In this document: one piece after another, positions 49,947 through 59,988 of the stretch | Layout of the letters: every line of letters starts with the position of its first letter | How positions within the stretch are numbered: position 1 is the stretch's first letter | DNA from: a virus | Taxonomy: Duplodnaviria; Caudoviricetes | Strand: one strand, 5' to 3' | Virus record (IMG/VR): IMGVR_UViG_2597490325_000001 | Coordinates: 32,001-96,000 of that record | DNA length: 64,000 nt | Position numbers and translations under genes: made by a program | Notes under the pieces: generated by a model | Seen by the model: only the letters and a program-made list of their open reading frames with translations | Database searches by the model: none | What the model was told of the DNA's origin: nothing

Positions 49947-50552
49947 ATGTCTAATTTAGACCCTGTATATTACGTTACCATTTCTACGGCTAGACAGATC
50001 CCATTTATCAATCGCCGTGGCCCAATCACTTCTAAAATTTCTATGAAGAAATCTACTATTGATACCCTTAAAGCTATGGGTTTTGATGTCAAGATTATTT
50101 CAGAAGTAAATTTGGATAAGAATGGTAAACAATATGCTGATGATGCATCTAAATTTGTACCAGCTGACAACCAAAGTGAATCAAATGTAGATGTTAATAT
50201 TGTTGATGCTATTAAACCTAATGACGAAGAGATTTTCTCTGGTTCTACAGAAGGCTTAGAAGCAAAAAAGGATGACCTTTCTCATTCTCAACAAGAAGAG
50301 GAAACACCTGAATCCGAAGAAGAAGTAGATGACACTCAGGAAAAACCTGCAGAAGAATCTACCGAGGAAGAAGAGGATGATGACTTTTCTCTAGAGTCCT
50401 ACGAGACTTATGAGAAATGGAATGCCACTAAACTGAAAGCTTATATTAGTGACACTATTATTCCTCGCTTGGAAGAAGAGGATGTACCTGATCCAATTCC
50501 TACAAGTAAGAAGGATTGTCTTGCTTTCCTAAAAACTCTCTTAGATGAATAA
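49947..50552 (+). CDS. Hypothetical acidic protein
   Basis: 201 aa, AGGAG RBS. Confidence 0.7.
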   Translation: MSNLDPVYYVTISTARQIPFINRRGPITSKISMKKSTIDTLKAMGFDVKIISEVNLDKNGKQYADDASKFVPADNQSESNVDVNIVDAIKPNDEEIFSGSTEGLEAKKDDLSHSQQEEETPESEEEVDDTQEKPAEESTEEEEDDDFSLESYETYEKWNATKLKAYISDTIIPRLEEEDVPDPIPTSKKDCLAFLKTLLDE

Positions 50553-50728
50553 GAGAGACGAAAAGTAAAGAGTTCTTGGATTATCAAGAACTCTCCCTAT
50601 TTTTCAATATTAAAAAAATTTTTACTAACAAAAAAGTAGAAATCAGAAACGTTAAAGTTTAGAAACCGAAATCTAAATAGTTTCTGTTTTACCCCTAATC
50701 ATAAAATTACACATTAAGGAATACCATC

Positions 50729-51091
50729 ATGGCAACTGTAAATGATCTGCTGGCTCAAGTACAAACTAACCTGAAAGCTCAAGGCGTAGACTCTACTAAG
50801 AAAGAGTGTGGCGTTGCTCTGGAAGCCGTTCTGAATGCAATTCAGACTGTAGCTCTGGATCAGGGTTCTATCCGTACTGCAATCGGTACGTTTAAACGTA
50901 AAGAATGCGCAGCTCGTCAGGCACATAACCCTAAAACTGGTGATAAAGTTGATGTTCCAGCTAAAATCACCGTTAGCTTCAAATCCTATTACAATGAAGT
51001 AGTAGGCGAGAAAAAAGCTGCTAAGAAAGCCGCTCCAGCGAAAGCTGCAGCTCCGGCTGCTAAAAAAGTAGTTAAAAAAGGTAAAAAATAA
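50729..51091 (+). CDS. HU-family DNA-binding protein with Lys/Ala-rich tail
   Basis: IGTFKRKECAARQAHNPKTGDKVDVPAKITVSFK is the HU/IHF arm signature. Confidence 0.9.
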   Translation: MATVNDLLAQVQTNLKAQGVDSTKKECGVALEAVLNAIQTVALDQGSIRTAIGTFKRKECAARQAHNPKTGDKVDVPAKITVSFKSYYNEVVGEKKAAKKAAPAKAAAPAAKKVVKKGKK

Positions 51092-51221
51092 TTTACCTTG
51101 AGTAAGTTATAATTCTTTCCCCATATCTCCTGAAAAGGTGATATGGGGTTTACTTTGCACTTAAATTCTTTTTATTGATATATAATCATATTGAATAATC
51201 ATAAAGTGAGGTTGTATAGAA

Positions 51222-51506
51222 ATGAATGTAATAAAGATAGCCTTAATAACAATATCTCTAGGCTTATCATCCAATTCTTTTGCTAAAGAGTTTGAAGCTG
51301 AATTAGTTGCATTAGACTCAGTCAAAGGTACATTCTATATTCATTCTATTGAGCACTTTTTCTCAGTACCCAATAAAGATTGTCCAGTTTTGGTTAATAC
51401 ATCATTACATAAGACATTTAAAGTCGAAGGTAAACCAGTAGAAGAAGGTTATTATACCTTCTATGGTGTTAAAGAAGAATTATGCAGGTCTATTAATCTT
51501 CTTTAA
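51222..51506 (+). CDS. Hypothetical secreted or periplasmic protein
   Basis: Signal-peptide-like N-terminus ending in SFA. Confidence 0.65.
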   Translation: MNVIKIALITISLGLSSNSFAKEFEAELVALDSVKGTFYIHSIEHFFSVPNKDCPVLVNTSLHKTFKVEGKPVEEGYYTFYGVKEELCRSINLL

Positions 51507-51553
51507 CTAAGCTAAGACCTCCATAGCGGGGTCTTTTTTTTTTTGAGGTTTTT

Positions 51554-52018
51554 ATGACTTTAATAGAACAGTTGTTGAATGACAAAAAAATTATTAGTGG
51601 TTTTCCTGGAATTGGTAAGTCTGAATTATTTAAAATTTATGGTGAAGCTAGAGTAAGCGATAGTGATTCAAGTAAATTCCCTAAAGATAGCTTCCCTGCA
51701 AATTATGTAGCTCATATTAAAGATTTAATAGTAAATAGTAATAAAAAATATATTTTGGTTAGTTCACATAAAGTAGTTCGTGATGCATTGGTTGCTGAAG
51801 GAATTCCTTTCTTCTTAGTGTATCCTAATGAAAATTGTAAAGATGAATATATCAATCGATACATTAAACGTGGCTCTCCAGAAGCATTTGTATCACTGCT
51901 TTCTAATAACTTTAACAACTTTGTACAAGAATGTAAGACTACTAATTCTCCTATTGCAACTCATATAGAATTGTCTGATGGACAATACCTAAGTGATGTA
52001 CTTTCTACAATTGGCTGA
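51554..52018 (+). CDS. P-loop kinase/ATPase
   Basis: Walker A IISGFPGIGKS. Confidence 0.75.
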   Translation: MTLIEQLLNDKKIISGFPGIGKSELFKIYGEARVSDSDSSKFPKDSFPANYVAHIKDLIVNSNKKYILVSSHKVVRDALVAEGIPFFLVYPNENCKDEYINRYIKRGSPEAFVSLLSNNFNNFVQECKTTNSPIATHIELSDGQYLSDVLSTIG

Positions 52019-52112
52019 ATGTTAAAATTAAGTGAAAACTCAATTAATATAAAATCCTAATAGCTAACATACTTTTAGAAATCAAGTTTAAGATACAGGA
52101 GCGTGTTATAGC

Positions 52113-52799
52113 ATGTCTGCTTTATTCCTAAGCACCTTACTTCAGGAAGACGAGGATTCAGCAGATGGTGGCGCAAAATCATCTGCTGATCTTGATCTTG
52201 GTACTGACAAAGGTGATTTAAAAGATCAAAAGGATGTAAAGTCTGATTCAGATGATTCTGATGAAGATAATACTAATGATGATAATGACGATGTATCAGA
52301 TGATAATTCTTCAGATACTGAAACAGATGATTCTTCTTCTCCAAATGACTCTTCAGATGACACTGAAGCAACAGATGATGACAATGACTCCGAAGAAGAT
52401 GATGAAGTTCTCAATCAAAAAGAATTGGAAGAGCAACGTAAGAAGCTTAACCGTTATAATCAGCTGAAATCTTTAGTTGTTACCTATAGAAATCTAGATG
52501 GTATCTATGACAAACTATTAAAGCTTGATTTGCCTGGAGGACTACCGAATACAATTCGAATGTTCAAAGACAAGATTGCCTATAATAGAGAATCATTAGA
52601 TAAATTGTTATTGGATCCAGTAATCTTTAATAACAATACTGTCTCTGAATTGACCGCGATTCATAATGTATATATGTCAGACTTAAGAGCTGTATCTACT
52701 AATTTAAAAGTACTTTATAACTCTTCTGTCTTGAACCATACAAAAGACAATCGTGCGATACTTAGCATAATCTCTAGGGATGCTGAAAATCGTCGCTAG
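52113..52799 (+). CDS. Acidic late protein, possible prohead scaffold
   Basis: Late promoter, TLLQE site, Asp/Ser-rich N-terminal half, directly upstream of the capsid gene. Confidence 0.55.
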   Translation: MSALFLSTLLQEDEDSADGGAKSSADLDLGTDKGDLKDQKDVKSDSDDSDEDNTNDDNDDVSDDNSSDTETDDSSSPNDSSDDTEATDDDNDSEEDDEVLNQKELEEQRKKLNRYNQLKSLVVTYRNLDGIYDKLLKLDLPGGLPNTIRMFKDKIAYNRESLDKLLLDPVIFNNNTVSELTAIHNVYMSDLRAVSTNLKVLYNSSVLNHTKDNRAILSIISRDAENRR

Positions 52800-52900
52800 G
52801 TTTTAAATAAATTTTAAAACTGAGTGATCAACATTAAAATAGAAATCCGGTTGACCTAAAAAGTCATCTCTAGGTAATCACTTCATAAAGGAAATTAATA

Positions 52901-54457
52901 ATGTCTGTTGATTATGGCTTTGCTAATCTGCGTAGCAAAACGAAGCATAATTCTAAAGCTACTGCACATCTTAAAACTCTGGTAGAAGACTACAAAGGCG
53001 ACGAAGTAGATATTCTGTCAGAAGGCGTATATGACGTTGTACGTGACCAAGTTGCGTTCCAAGAATACGTTGAACGTCTTTCCGAAGGTACTTCAGAAGA
53101 AACTGGCGAACAGCTGGCTATTCTGTCTGAAAACACCCGTATGGTAATGCTTCAAGAAAGCATGATTGGTGGCGTTAACCCTATCGCTGCCCTGTCACTA
53201 CCTATGCTGCGTATCGGCTATCCGAAAATGGCTGTACGTGAAGGTCTACCTACTGAACCAGTAGAACAGCCGAAATTCAAAGTAACTACCAAACGTCCTT
53301 ATGTTCTGGATACCGCTACTGGTGAAAAACACTGGTTGCCTGGTGCTTTCCAGACTAAGAAAGAACTGTTTGGTTTACCACGTCTGCAACAGAATGATAT
53401 TACTGTTCCGGCTGGCGGTCTGATTGATTATGATATGCTAGCTCCAATCAGCAAAAATGCTCTGCTTGGTGACGAAATCGATCCACGTTTCACCGTTGTA
53501 GAAGTTACCGATTCTGCTGATGTTGCTATCTCTGTATCCTTCGAACTGGATACTAACCTGAACGCAATCGTTGGTTCTTTCGTTGATAGTACTAACGCTG
53601 CAGTACAGGTTCTGGGTAAAGTTGACCGTTCTAAAGGTCTTCTGACTCTGGTAACTGTTCCGGGCAATGCTATTAAGAAAGTAAAAATTCAGGGTTACGT
53701 TTCTTCTGAAATGAATAACGCTGCAACTCAGGTTGGTTTCGATATTGACGGTGTTGATATTACTATCGGTACTGGTCAGCCTATCGAATCCCCAATCAAT
53801 ATTCAGCAGATGACTGACGTCATGGCTATGTATAATGTAGATTCCACTCTGACTCACATGGAAACTATGTCTACTGCTCTGGCACAGTCTACTGACCTTG
53901 AAGGTGTTCAGTTTATCTATGATTGCTTCGACCGCAATACTAAGAAAATCCAAGAAACCTTCGACGCTATGCCTCCTTCTAACTTCCTGGCTGGCCCTGT
54001 TGAATGGCGTAAAAATATTCATCGTAACTTTGACCGTCTTGTGTCTCAGATGCAGACTGAATTCAACATCTATACTGGTCACGCAGTAGTATTCTGTCAC
54101 CCACTGGACGCTCAGGTTGTTGCTGATGTTCGTTGGATGTACACTAATACTGAACAGCCTAACGATGTTGCTGTTGACTTCCGTGTTGGTACTTACACCT
54201 CCGGTACTACTACTTATGTAGTCCTGCAGTCTCCGAACTTTGTTCAGGGTCATTACGAAATCGTATACATCCCGTCCGAAGCTGACTTTAAATCTCTGGT
54301 ATACTACCCGTATGCGTTCAACGTGATTCGTGGTGCTGCATCACCTAACACTCCGAACCTGCCAGCTATCCAGATGATTAAACGTTACCGCTTCCAGAAG
54401 TTCAACAACATGGTTGCACGTCTGAACATCGTTAATAACGGTGTTGGCGAAGTTTAA
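52901..54457 (+). CDS. Major capsid protein precursor
   Basis: 518 aa, late promoter at 52830, strong RBS, highly biased codons, N-terminal propeptide with ILSE/RLSE/MLQE sites, terminator downstream. Confidence 0.75.
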   Translation: MSVDYGFANLRSKTKHNSKATAHLKTLVEDYKGDEVDILSEGVYDVVRDQVAFQEYVERLSEGTSEETGEQLAILSENTRMVMLQESMIGGVNPIAALSLPMLRIGYPKMAVREGLPTEPVEQPKFKVTTKRPYVLDTATGEKHWLPGAFQTKKELFGLPRLQQNDITVPAGGLIDYDMLAPISKNALLGDEIDPRFTVVEVTDSADVAISVSFELDTNLNAIVGSFVDSTNAAVQVLGKVDRSKGLLTLVTVPGNAIKKVKIQGYVSSEMNNAATQVGFDIDGVDITIGTGQPIESPINIQQMTDVMAMYNVDSTLTHMETMSTALAQSTDLEGVQFIYDCFDRNTKKIQETFDAMPPSNFLAGPVEWRKNIHRNFDRLVSQMQTEFNIYTGHAVVFCHPLDAQVVADVRWMYTNTEQPNDVAVDFRVGTYTSGTTTYVVLQSPNFVQGHYEIVYIPSEADFKSLVYYPYAFNVIRGAASPNTPNLPAIQMIKRYRFQKFNNMVARLNIVNNGVGEV

Positions 54458-54571
54458 TCTTTGCTAGTATAAAATACCCATATCCTCTATAAAGGGGATA
54501 TGGGGTTTTCTTTACAATTTTTTCATGCATATATTATAAGAAAGATATCAATATTAACATGAGACCTGATA

Positions 54572-55096
54572 ATGTTTATTAGAAAAATACTTACAGAAGA
54601 AACTCCTTTAGGGTTTGATATTAATCTAGTTATGGAAATGATAACTAGATCATATGAAATGGAGTTAAACGATTTTAAGAAAGGAACTATTGTTACATCA
54701 CTAATGCTAAGTAATCTACTTATGAGTAATTTTGATTTTCTAATCTACAATACTACAGATAACTACCTTGGGTTTGATGAAATTTTGATAAATGAATCTG
54801 AAGGGTCAGTTGTTTTAGGGCGAACTAAGCATAATTCTATAGAATTAAGTGTACCATCGCCATTTGAGGATGAAGGAACAGTTCCTATTCAAGATCTATA
54901 TAAAAATGGGCTTGATAAGTATACCATGTTTACTCATACTCAGATAAACTATTTTAGTATCCACATAAATGAAACTAGTGGAAGATCACATAAACCTCTT
55001 CCAAATGTAAAATATAGGGTGGCATTGAAGACTATGATGATAGATTTAATTACTAGCTTTAAGATGCGTTTTCCAAAAGTTATCAAAGATATATAA
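54572..55096 (+). CDS. Hypothetical early protein
   Basis: 174 aa after early promoter 54529. Confidence 0.65.
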   Translation: MFIRKILTEETPLGFDINLVMEMITRSYEMELNDFKKGTIVTSLMLSNLLMSNFDFLIYNTTDNYLGFDEILINESEGSVVLGRTKHNSIELSVPSPFEDEGTVPIQDLYKNGLDKYTMFTHTQINYFSIHINETSGRSHKPLPNVKYRVALKTMMIDLITSFKMRFPKVIKDI

Positions 55097-55126
55097 TTTT
55101 ATTAGATAATTGGAGGGAGTTATTAA

Positions 55127-55552
55127 TTGATGGTTATTATAAGAAATTGTCTAGACACCAAAATACTACATTACGCCGCTACTTTTGGCAGTGAAATCTA
55201 TATTGAATTAACACAGATTCTTAGACAGGAAATATCAAAATCTTGCATTTCTTTGTTAAAGATAGGGGATATATGTAAACCCGATGCAGAATATGGTAAT
55301 ATAAAATATTATATGAATATAGGCCAAGTATATGGTCATAATTGTTTAAGTAATTTAGATTATACTAATATCCATGTACTAGATAAAGATTGCCCTATAT
55401 TCACTAAAAGAGAACATCAAGATTTAGTAGAATATATTCATGAAAATCTAGTCAATCAGTACACTAGTATGATGGCATATGAAGATATTCTTGATGTCTT
55501 CTCAAATATCTATTTTATCTTCAATAAAACAAATCAAGGTTCTTTCCTATGA
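55127..55552 (+). CDS. Hypothetical protein
   Basis: 141 aa, GGAGGGAG RBS. Confidence 0.65.
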   Translation: MMVIIRNCLDTKILHYAATFGSEIYIELTQILRQEISKSCISLLKIGDICKPDAEYGNIKYYMNIGQVYGHNCLSNLDYTNIHVLDKDCPIFTKREHQDLVEYIHENLVNQYTSMMAYEDILDVFSNIYFIFNKTNQGSFL

Positions 55553-55962
55553 GAACTGTGCAAGCTAGATGGTTTCGCATCAAAGAAAAGGATGGTACAT
55601 TTAGGGAAGTAATTTTCTCTGATTCAACTATCAGAGATGCTTTGAGGCGTTTATATAAAAAACATATCAATATCCTGCTTCCGAGTAAAATTTCTTTAAA
55701 AATTGGCTTATTTGATCATCCACCAATAAAAACTTTATTCTTTGTTAATTCACCATACATAAATCTCAATTATATAAACACGCTTATTGTTCATCCATTA
55801 GACTTTAATGTAAAAGATCTAACTGGAAATGAACTTAGTGAATTGATCTCATTAAATCATGTTCTTCATGTTAGATTTTTCTCTGACGTAAATAGGGATC
55901 ATTCAGTGATATATAATTATTATGAAGGTTTTAATATTAATAAGAATCGGAGCAATTATTGA
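55549..55962 (+). CDS. Hypothetical protein
   Basis: 137 aa, ATGA coupling. Confidence 0.62.
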   Translation: MRTVQARWFRIKEKDGTFREVIFSDSTIRDALRRLYKKHINILLPSKISLKIGLFDHPPIKTLFFVNSPYINLNYINTLIVHPLDFNVKDLTGNELSELISLNHVLHVRFFSDVNRDHSVIYNYYEGFNINKNRSNY

Positions 55963-56360
55963 TGTTTGAGACACTAACTGGTCTAGTCGGTTATCATAAT
56001 AATTTACTTAAAGATAAAACCGACAAAGAAAAATCATATATAAAAAAAGTCGTCAAAAAGACGATGGTGGAAGACCTAAATTATGTCTCTTTTAAATTAT
56101 TCGTAAATAAACGTTCGCTAAATCGTTTTATCAATGATAATGGAATTTCTCCTCCAGATATCTTTGATTTAAATTTACTCTTAATGGAAAATTCTAAGGA
56201 TTTCTTAGAAAATATCATTAAGAAGGATTATAGTACATTAGTACTGGATGTGACTTCATGGAATTTACTATGTATTAATAAATCATTTCTTTATAATGAA
56301 AACCCCTATATAAAAATAAGAGCTACATATGCGTGTGATACAAGTAAAAATCCGGTATGA
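55959..56360 (+). CDS. Hypothetical protein
   Basis: 133-aa coupled ORF. Confidence 0.62.
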   Translation: MMFETLTGLVGYHNNLLKDKTDKEKSYIKKVVKKTMVEDLNYVSFKLFVNKRSLNRFINDNGISPPDIFDLNLLLMENSKDFLENIIKKDYSTLVLDVTSWNLLCINKSFLYNENPYIKIRATYACDTSKNPV

Positions 56361-56709
56361 ACTTCTGTCATATGGAATATATAGAGAAATCATTTCAGAT
56401 CACTATTTTAAAAATCATATAGAAGCATTTAATCTCCTTATTCCAAATAACCAACCATTTAAAGAAATCCCTAATCATTTCGGATTTACTAAAAGTATAC
56501 TTTCTCTTTCTGATCTAAAATATGAATACCATTTATTGGATTACGTTACAAATCGTAGTCCTCTTGATGAAAACAAAGTATTGAAACAAATGTATATGGT
56601 CGAATATACTAAATCTTCCCTAAAGCTTAGCAAATCTAGTTACCGATATATTCCTGTCATTAATTTAGACTATAATATTTCAATGATGATTCCACACTAC
56701 GCTATATAG
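56329..56709 (+). CDS. Hypothetical protein
   Basis: 126-aa overlapping ORF. Confidence 0.58.
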   Translation: MRVIQVKIRYELLSYGIYREIISDHYFKNHIEAFNLLIPNNQPFKEIPNHFGFTKSILSLSDLKYEYHLLDYVTNRSPLDENKVLKQMYMVEYTKSSLKLSKSSYRYIPVINLDYNISMMIPHYAI

Positions 56710-56793
56710 GATACTAGGAGAAACTTTAAAGTTTCTCCTTTATATCTTTATTTTTATTGTACATTTTTTTAGTTAATTGAACAAAGGTGTATT

Positions 56794-57279
56794 ATGAATA
56801 TATCACAATTTAATAGTATAGATACTCCTACAATTGGTAGTTTAGATGATCATTATAAGACAACAGCCGTTAAACCTCTAGTAGTTGTACCTATAAAGAA
56901 ATCCCCCACCGAAATATCTGATGTACTTAGTATAAAAGATAATAAGCTAGTTATAGATTTAGAAATGTTAGATGGTATAGAAATTAAGGGTTCTAGCCCA
57001 AAAGTAATGAAATTTTTATCAACTCTTATTCTTGAATCTGATAAGAATATTTTCATCAATTCTAATTTTGATGATAAAGATAATCCTAAGAAGTATAAAG
57101 TATGGTTTAACACTGAAGACCCTAAAACTGGTAAACGTGTTGATAATGAAGATTTAGAAAATTATGCTGAATTACAGTATGCCTTAGAAAAAAATAGCAT
57201 ATCTGACTTTTCTTATAAAAATGAATGCTCATGTGGTAAATGTGGGGGTAATGATGCCAGCAGTAGTGAGGTTGGGTGA
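56794..57279 (+). CDS. Hypothetical protein
   Basis: 161 aa, late promoter variant TACA-N6-TAG at about 56760. Confidence 0.65.
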   Translation: MNISQFNSIDTPTIGSLDDHYKTTAVKPLVVVPIKKSPTEISDVLSIKDNKLVIDLEMLDGIEIKGSSPKVMKFLSTLILESDKNIFINSNFDDKDNPKKYKVWFNTEDPKTGKRVDNEDLENYAELQYALEKNSISDFSYKNECSCGKCGGNDASSSEVG

Positions 57280-57541
57280 TCAAGATACTGGACACGGATG
57301 CTATCCACCTAGAGCAAATAATGGTTCTTGTAGTACTGTATTTGCCGATGGTAAACTAATACATCGTAAAGGAGACTCATGGAATGTGCATTCATGCCCT
57401 GATAATCCTCCACACGATGCAACTCTTTCAGGTGGTAGTGGAACTGTAATGGTAGAAGGTGCCGCTGTAGGTAGAGTTGGTGATAGTGTATCATGTGGCG
57501 GTGCCGCTGCACAAGGTTCTTCAACTGTTTTTGCAGGTTAA
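57251..57541 (+). CDS. PAAR-repeat spike-tip protein (T4 gp5.4-like)
   Basis: MPAVVRLGD..GHG, VFADG, H..H, GRVGDSVSCG..GSSTVFAG. Confidence 0.9.
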   Translation: MMPAVVRLGDQDTGHGCYPPRANNGSCSTVFADGKLIHRKGDSWNVHSCPDNPPHDATLSGGSGTVMVEGAAVGRVGDSVSCGGAAAQGSSTVFAG

Positions 57542-57544
57542 TTT

Positions 57545-58174
57545 ATGATTTTATCTAATGAAGAGTATTATATACATACTCAAACACGAAATATTTCCTT
57601 TATTAAAATGGCTAGGTATTTAAAAGATAGAGGTATTGAAAACTATTCCTTTATGCTTAAGCTATATGATAAAGATTTAATGAAAGTTAATCCACATGCA
57701 AGAAATCTTTCTCCCATAACTAAGAGTAAGATTATTGTAGAGTGTACACGAAATCCTTGGTATGCCTTAAGGGAATGCTATATGATTTCTGCTCCTGGTG
57801 GTTCAAGAGTATTCTTTGAGCTTCATCCAGGTAACTTAGCTATTATATGGGCTATTCTTTTAAGTCTATCTGTTATAGTATTACTTCCTCGACAGAGAGG
57901 TAAAACTATCTCTATAGCTACTATATTATCTTACATCTTTTACTTTGGTACCAAAAACACTGCAATGTTATTTGGTAATAAGTCTGGTAAAGATGCAGAG
58001 AACAACTTAGCACGTTTTAAAGATATTACTTTAGGTTTACCTTCTTATTTGAGAGACACATTTGTTGACTCCAAAGACACTGATAACGTAACTCAGATAG
58101 TATCAGTTAAACGTAATAACAAAATTGACATACATGGTCAGCCAGTTTCTGAAGAAGCTGCTGATAAACAGGGT
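57545..58174 (+). CDS. terL: Terminase large subunit, exon 1
   Basis: ECTRNPWY..RE and Walker A LPRQRGKT; ends ..ADKQG at the 5' splice site. Confidence 0.88.
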
Positions 58175-58356
58175 TAACCTACGGCTCTGTATAAATTCCG
58201 TTAGATGACTGGAACCCCTTCAATCTTAAGGCAACCAGCAGTAATGAAAAACCGTATCTTGCATATAATTAAAGATATATTATTTAGGTGATAGAATAAT
58301 AAAGATAATGAAATCTTTATTATATTAACCCATTAATTATAGCGAGGTATTATCCT

Positions 58357-59937
58357 ATGGCTAGCATCAATTCTCTGAAAGCGAACTCTTCTCAGCTGTC
58401 TTTTTCTATGATCCGTAAAATGTTCGAAGATAAAGGTATCTTCGAAACCATCAAAGAAATCGGCGCGGAATTCCTCGATCCAGAAAACATCGCGGAACAT
58501 CGCTACATCAAGTTTAATAATACGAAATACGCTGGCGTGGTTCATCCAAGCCAGAAACGCGCATTAGCTCTTTTGAGCTTACTGGACGTGGTATCAGATG
58601 AAAATCTGGATAAAACGTTTAAACGGAACTCTCCGGTTTCCCGTGTTTTAAGCGGGTACACGTTCTATTCATATCTTTTAGAAAACATTGATCCTGAAGT
58701 CAAATCGAAAGAAATTGACGTCAAGACCATTCTGAAAGACTATGTCAAGGCAGTTTCCCTTGATTTCAAAGGTATGTCGAATTCTGCAATTCGTACAGTC
58801 CTTGAAAACACGGCTAAAAATCAAAGTGATCATATTAAAGCACTTTGGGATTTGGCGGTTAAAGATAATAAGCTGGCAGATAAAGACTACCTGAAAGAAG
58901 AAGATCTTCGTCAGGTTCGGTCTCATCTGAGTCACGTAAATGAAGCTTTGCGTGACAACTTTGTCGGCCCTATTATGGCTAACCGGAAAATTACCGACAT
59001 GGACAAACTGGTACAAGTTTGGGCTATCGGCGAACTGGCTGATGAAATCCTTAAGGAGTGCGAATCCTTAACTGATCTCACTCTGCTGTCTTCCTCCTAT
59101 CCAATCAAAAAGTATTTCGAAGATATTAATACTAAATCAGAGGCTAAACCAATGAAACACACTGCTACCACCGTACCATCTACCGCCGAATCATCATCAT
59201 CATCTGTTACGGCTGCATCAGCTAAAAAAGATGATATCCTGACTGAAACACAGGGTATCATTAAAGACGTTAAAACCGTCATTGCTGGTGAACAGCCAGC
59301 TACTTTAGAAGTTCCTGAAGTAGCAAGCACTGTCGTTAAAGAAGAAGTGGTTACTACCACTAAAACTACTACGACCGCAATTAACGATGACGAAGCGGCT
59401 GAAGCATTAGCTGATCTTGCTGGTCTGTTTGGCGAAGTCGAAATCAGCCTGGTCTTCAGTAAAGAAGACAAAAAGCTGAGCGACATCATTTCCAAAGAAG
59501 TAACAACTCTGGAAAACCGTCTGAAAGAAGTTACTCATTTGGGTAACACTCTGGACGGCGCTTTTGCTTCTATCCGTACTGCCAGCAGCTTGTCCGGTCG
59601 TATTGAAGGACTGCGTGATCTGGTCTTCCTGCTGTCAAAAGCTAAAACTGAAGACAACATGTCAGACAAAGCGAAAGCAAGTCTGCAAACTGTTATCGAT
59701 AAGCTGAACGAAGTTATTACTGTTTCACACGCATATCAGATGGCTACCAACGCCAAAGATAAGCGCAGTATCTTCCGTAAAGCAATCGATCTGGTCATCG
59801 GCTTCTTTGCTGGTATCATAAATGCGTTCATGCTCGTTATTCGTAAACTCATCGATTTCTTCTTTAACTGGAATTCTGATGATTACAAAAAACGTGCTCC
59901 GAGCCGTGATCCGGTAGTTGAACCTGTAGGCGTTTAA
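58357..59937 (+). CDS. Intron-borne 526-aa protein with C-terminal membrane segment and no recognisable nuclease motif
   Basis: Lies in the P6 loop; own early promoter at 58275 and GAGGT RBS; hydrophobic IDLVIGFFAGIINAFMLVI; no HNH, GIY-YIG or LAGLIDADG motif seen. Confidence 0.8.
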   Translation: MASINSLKANSSQLSFSMIRKMFEDKGIFETIKEIGAEFLDPENIAEHRYIKFNNTKYAGVVHPSQKRALALLSLLDVVSDENLDKTFKRNSPVSRVLSGYTFYSYLLENIDPEVKSKEIDVKTILKDYVKAVSLDFKGMSNSAIRTVLENTAKNQSDHIKALWDLAVKDNKLADKDYLKEEDLRQVRSHLSHVNEALRDNFVGPIMANRKITDMDKLVQVWAIGELADEILKECESLTDLTLLSSSYPIKKYFEDINTKSEAKPMKHTATTVPSTAESSSSSVTAASAKKDDILTETQGIIKDVKTVIAGEQPATLEVPEVASTVVKEEVVTTTKTTTTAINDDEAAEALADLAGLFGEVEISLVFSKEDKKLSDIISKEVTTLENRLKEVTHLGNTLDGAFASIRTASSLSGRIEGLRDLVFLLSKAKTEDNMSDKAKASLQTVIDKLNEVITVSHAYQMATNAKDKRSIFRKAIDLVIGFFAGIINAFMLVIRKLIDFFFNWNSDDYKKRAPSRDPVVEPVGV

Positions 59938-59958
59938 GCTACAGGCGCTAGCCATAAT

Positions 59959-59988
59959 AAAAAACAGGGTAAGCCCTGTTTTTTTTTT
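59959..59988 (+). terminator. Intrinsic terminator inside the intron
   Basis: AAAAAACAGGG-TAAG-CCCTG followed by 10 T. Confidence 0.75.

Larger units (their letters stand above)
1169..58291 (+). promoter_or_regulatory. Dispersed putative early promoter motif ATATATTAT-N5-TGA (span of copies)
   Basis: Intergenic matches or near-matches at about 1169, 19058, 20447, 22123, 31409, 38059, 40819, 43808, 54529 and 58275, with variants at 481, 30135, 36182 and 51178. Each lies just upstream of a non-structural gene; resembles TATATTA-type early promoters of phiKZ-related phages. Confidence 0.75.
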
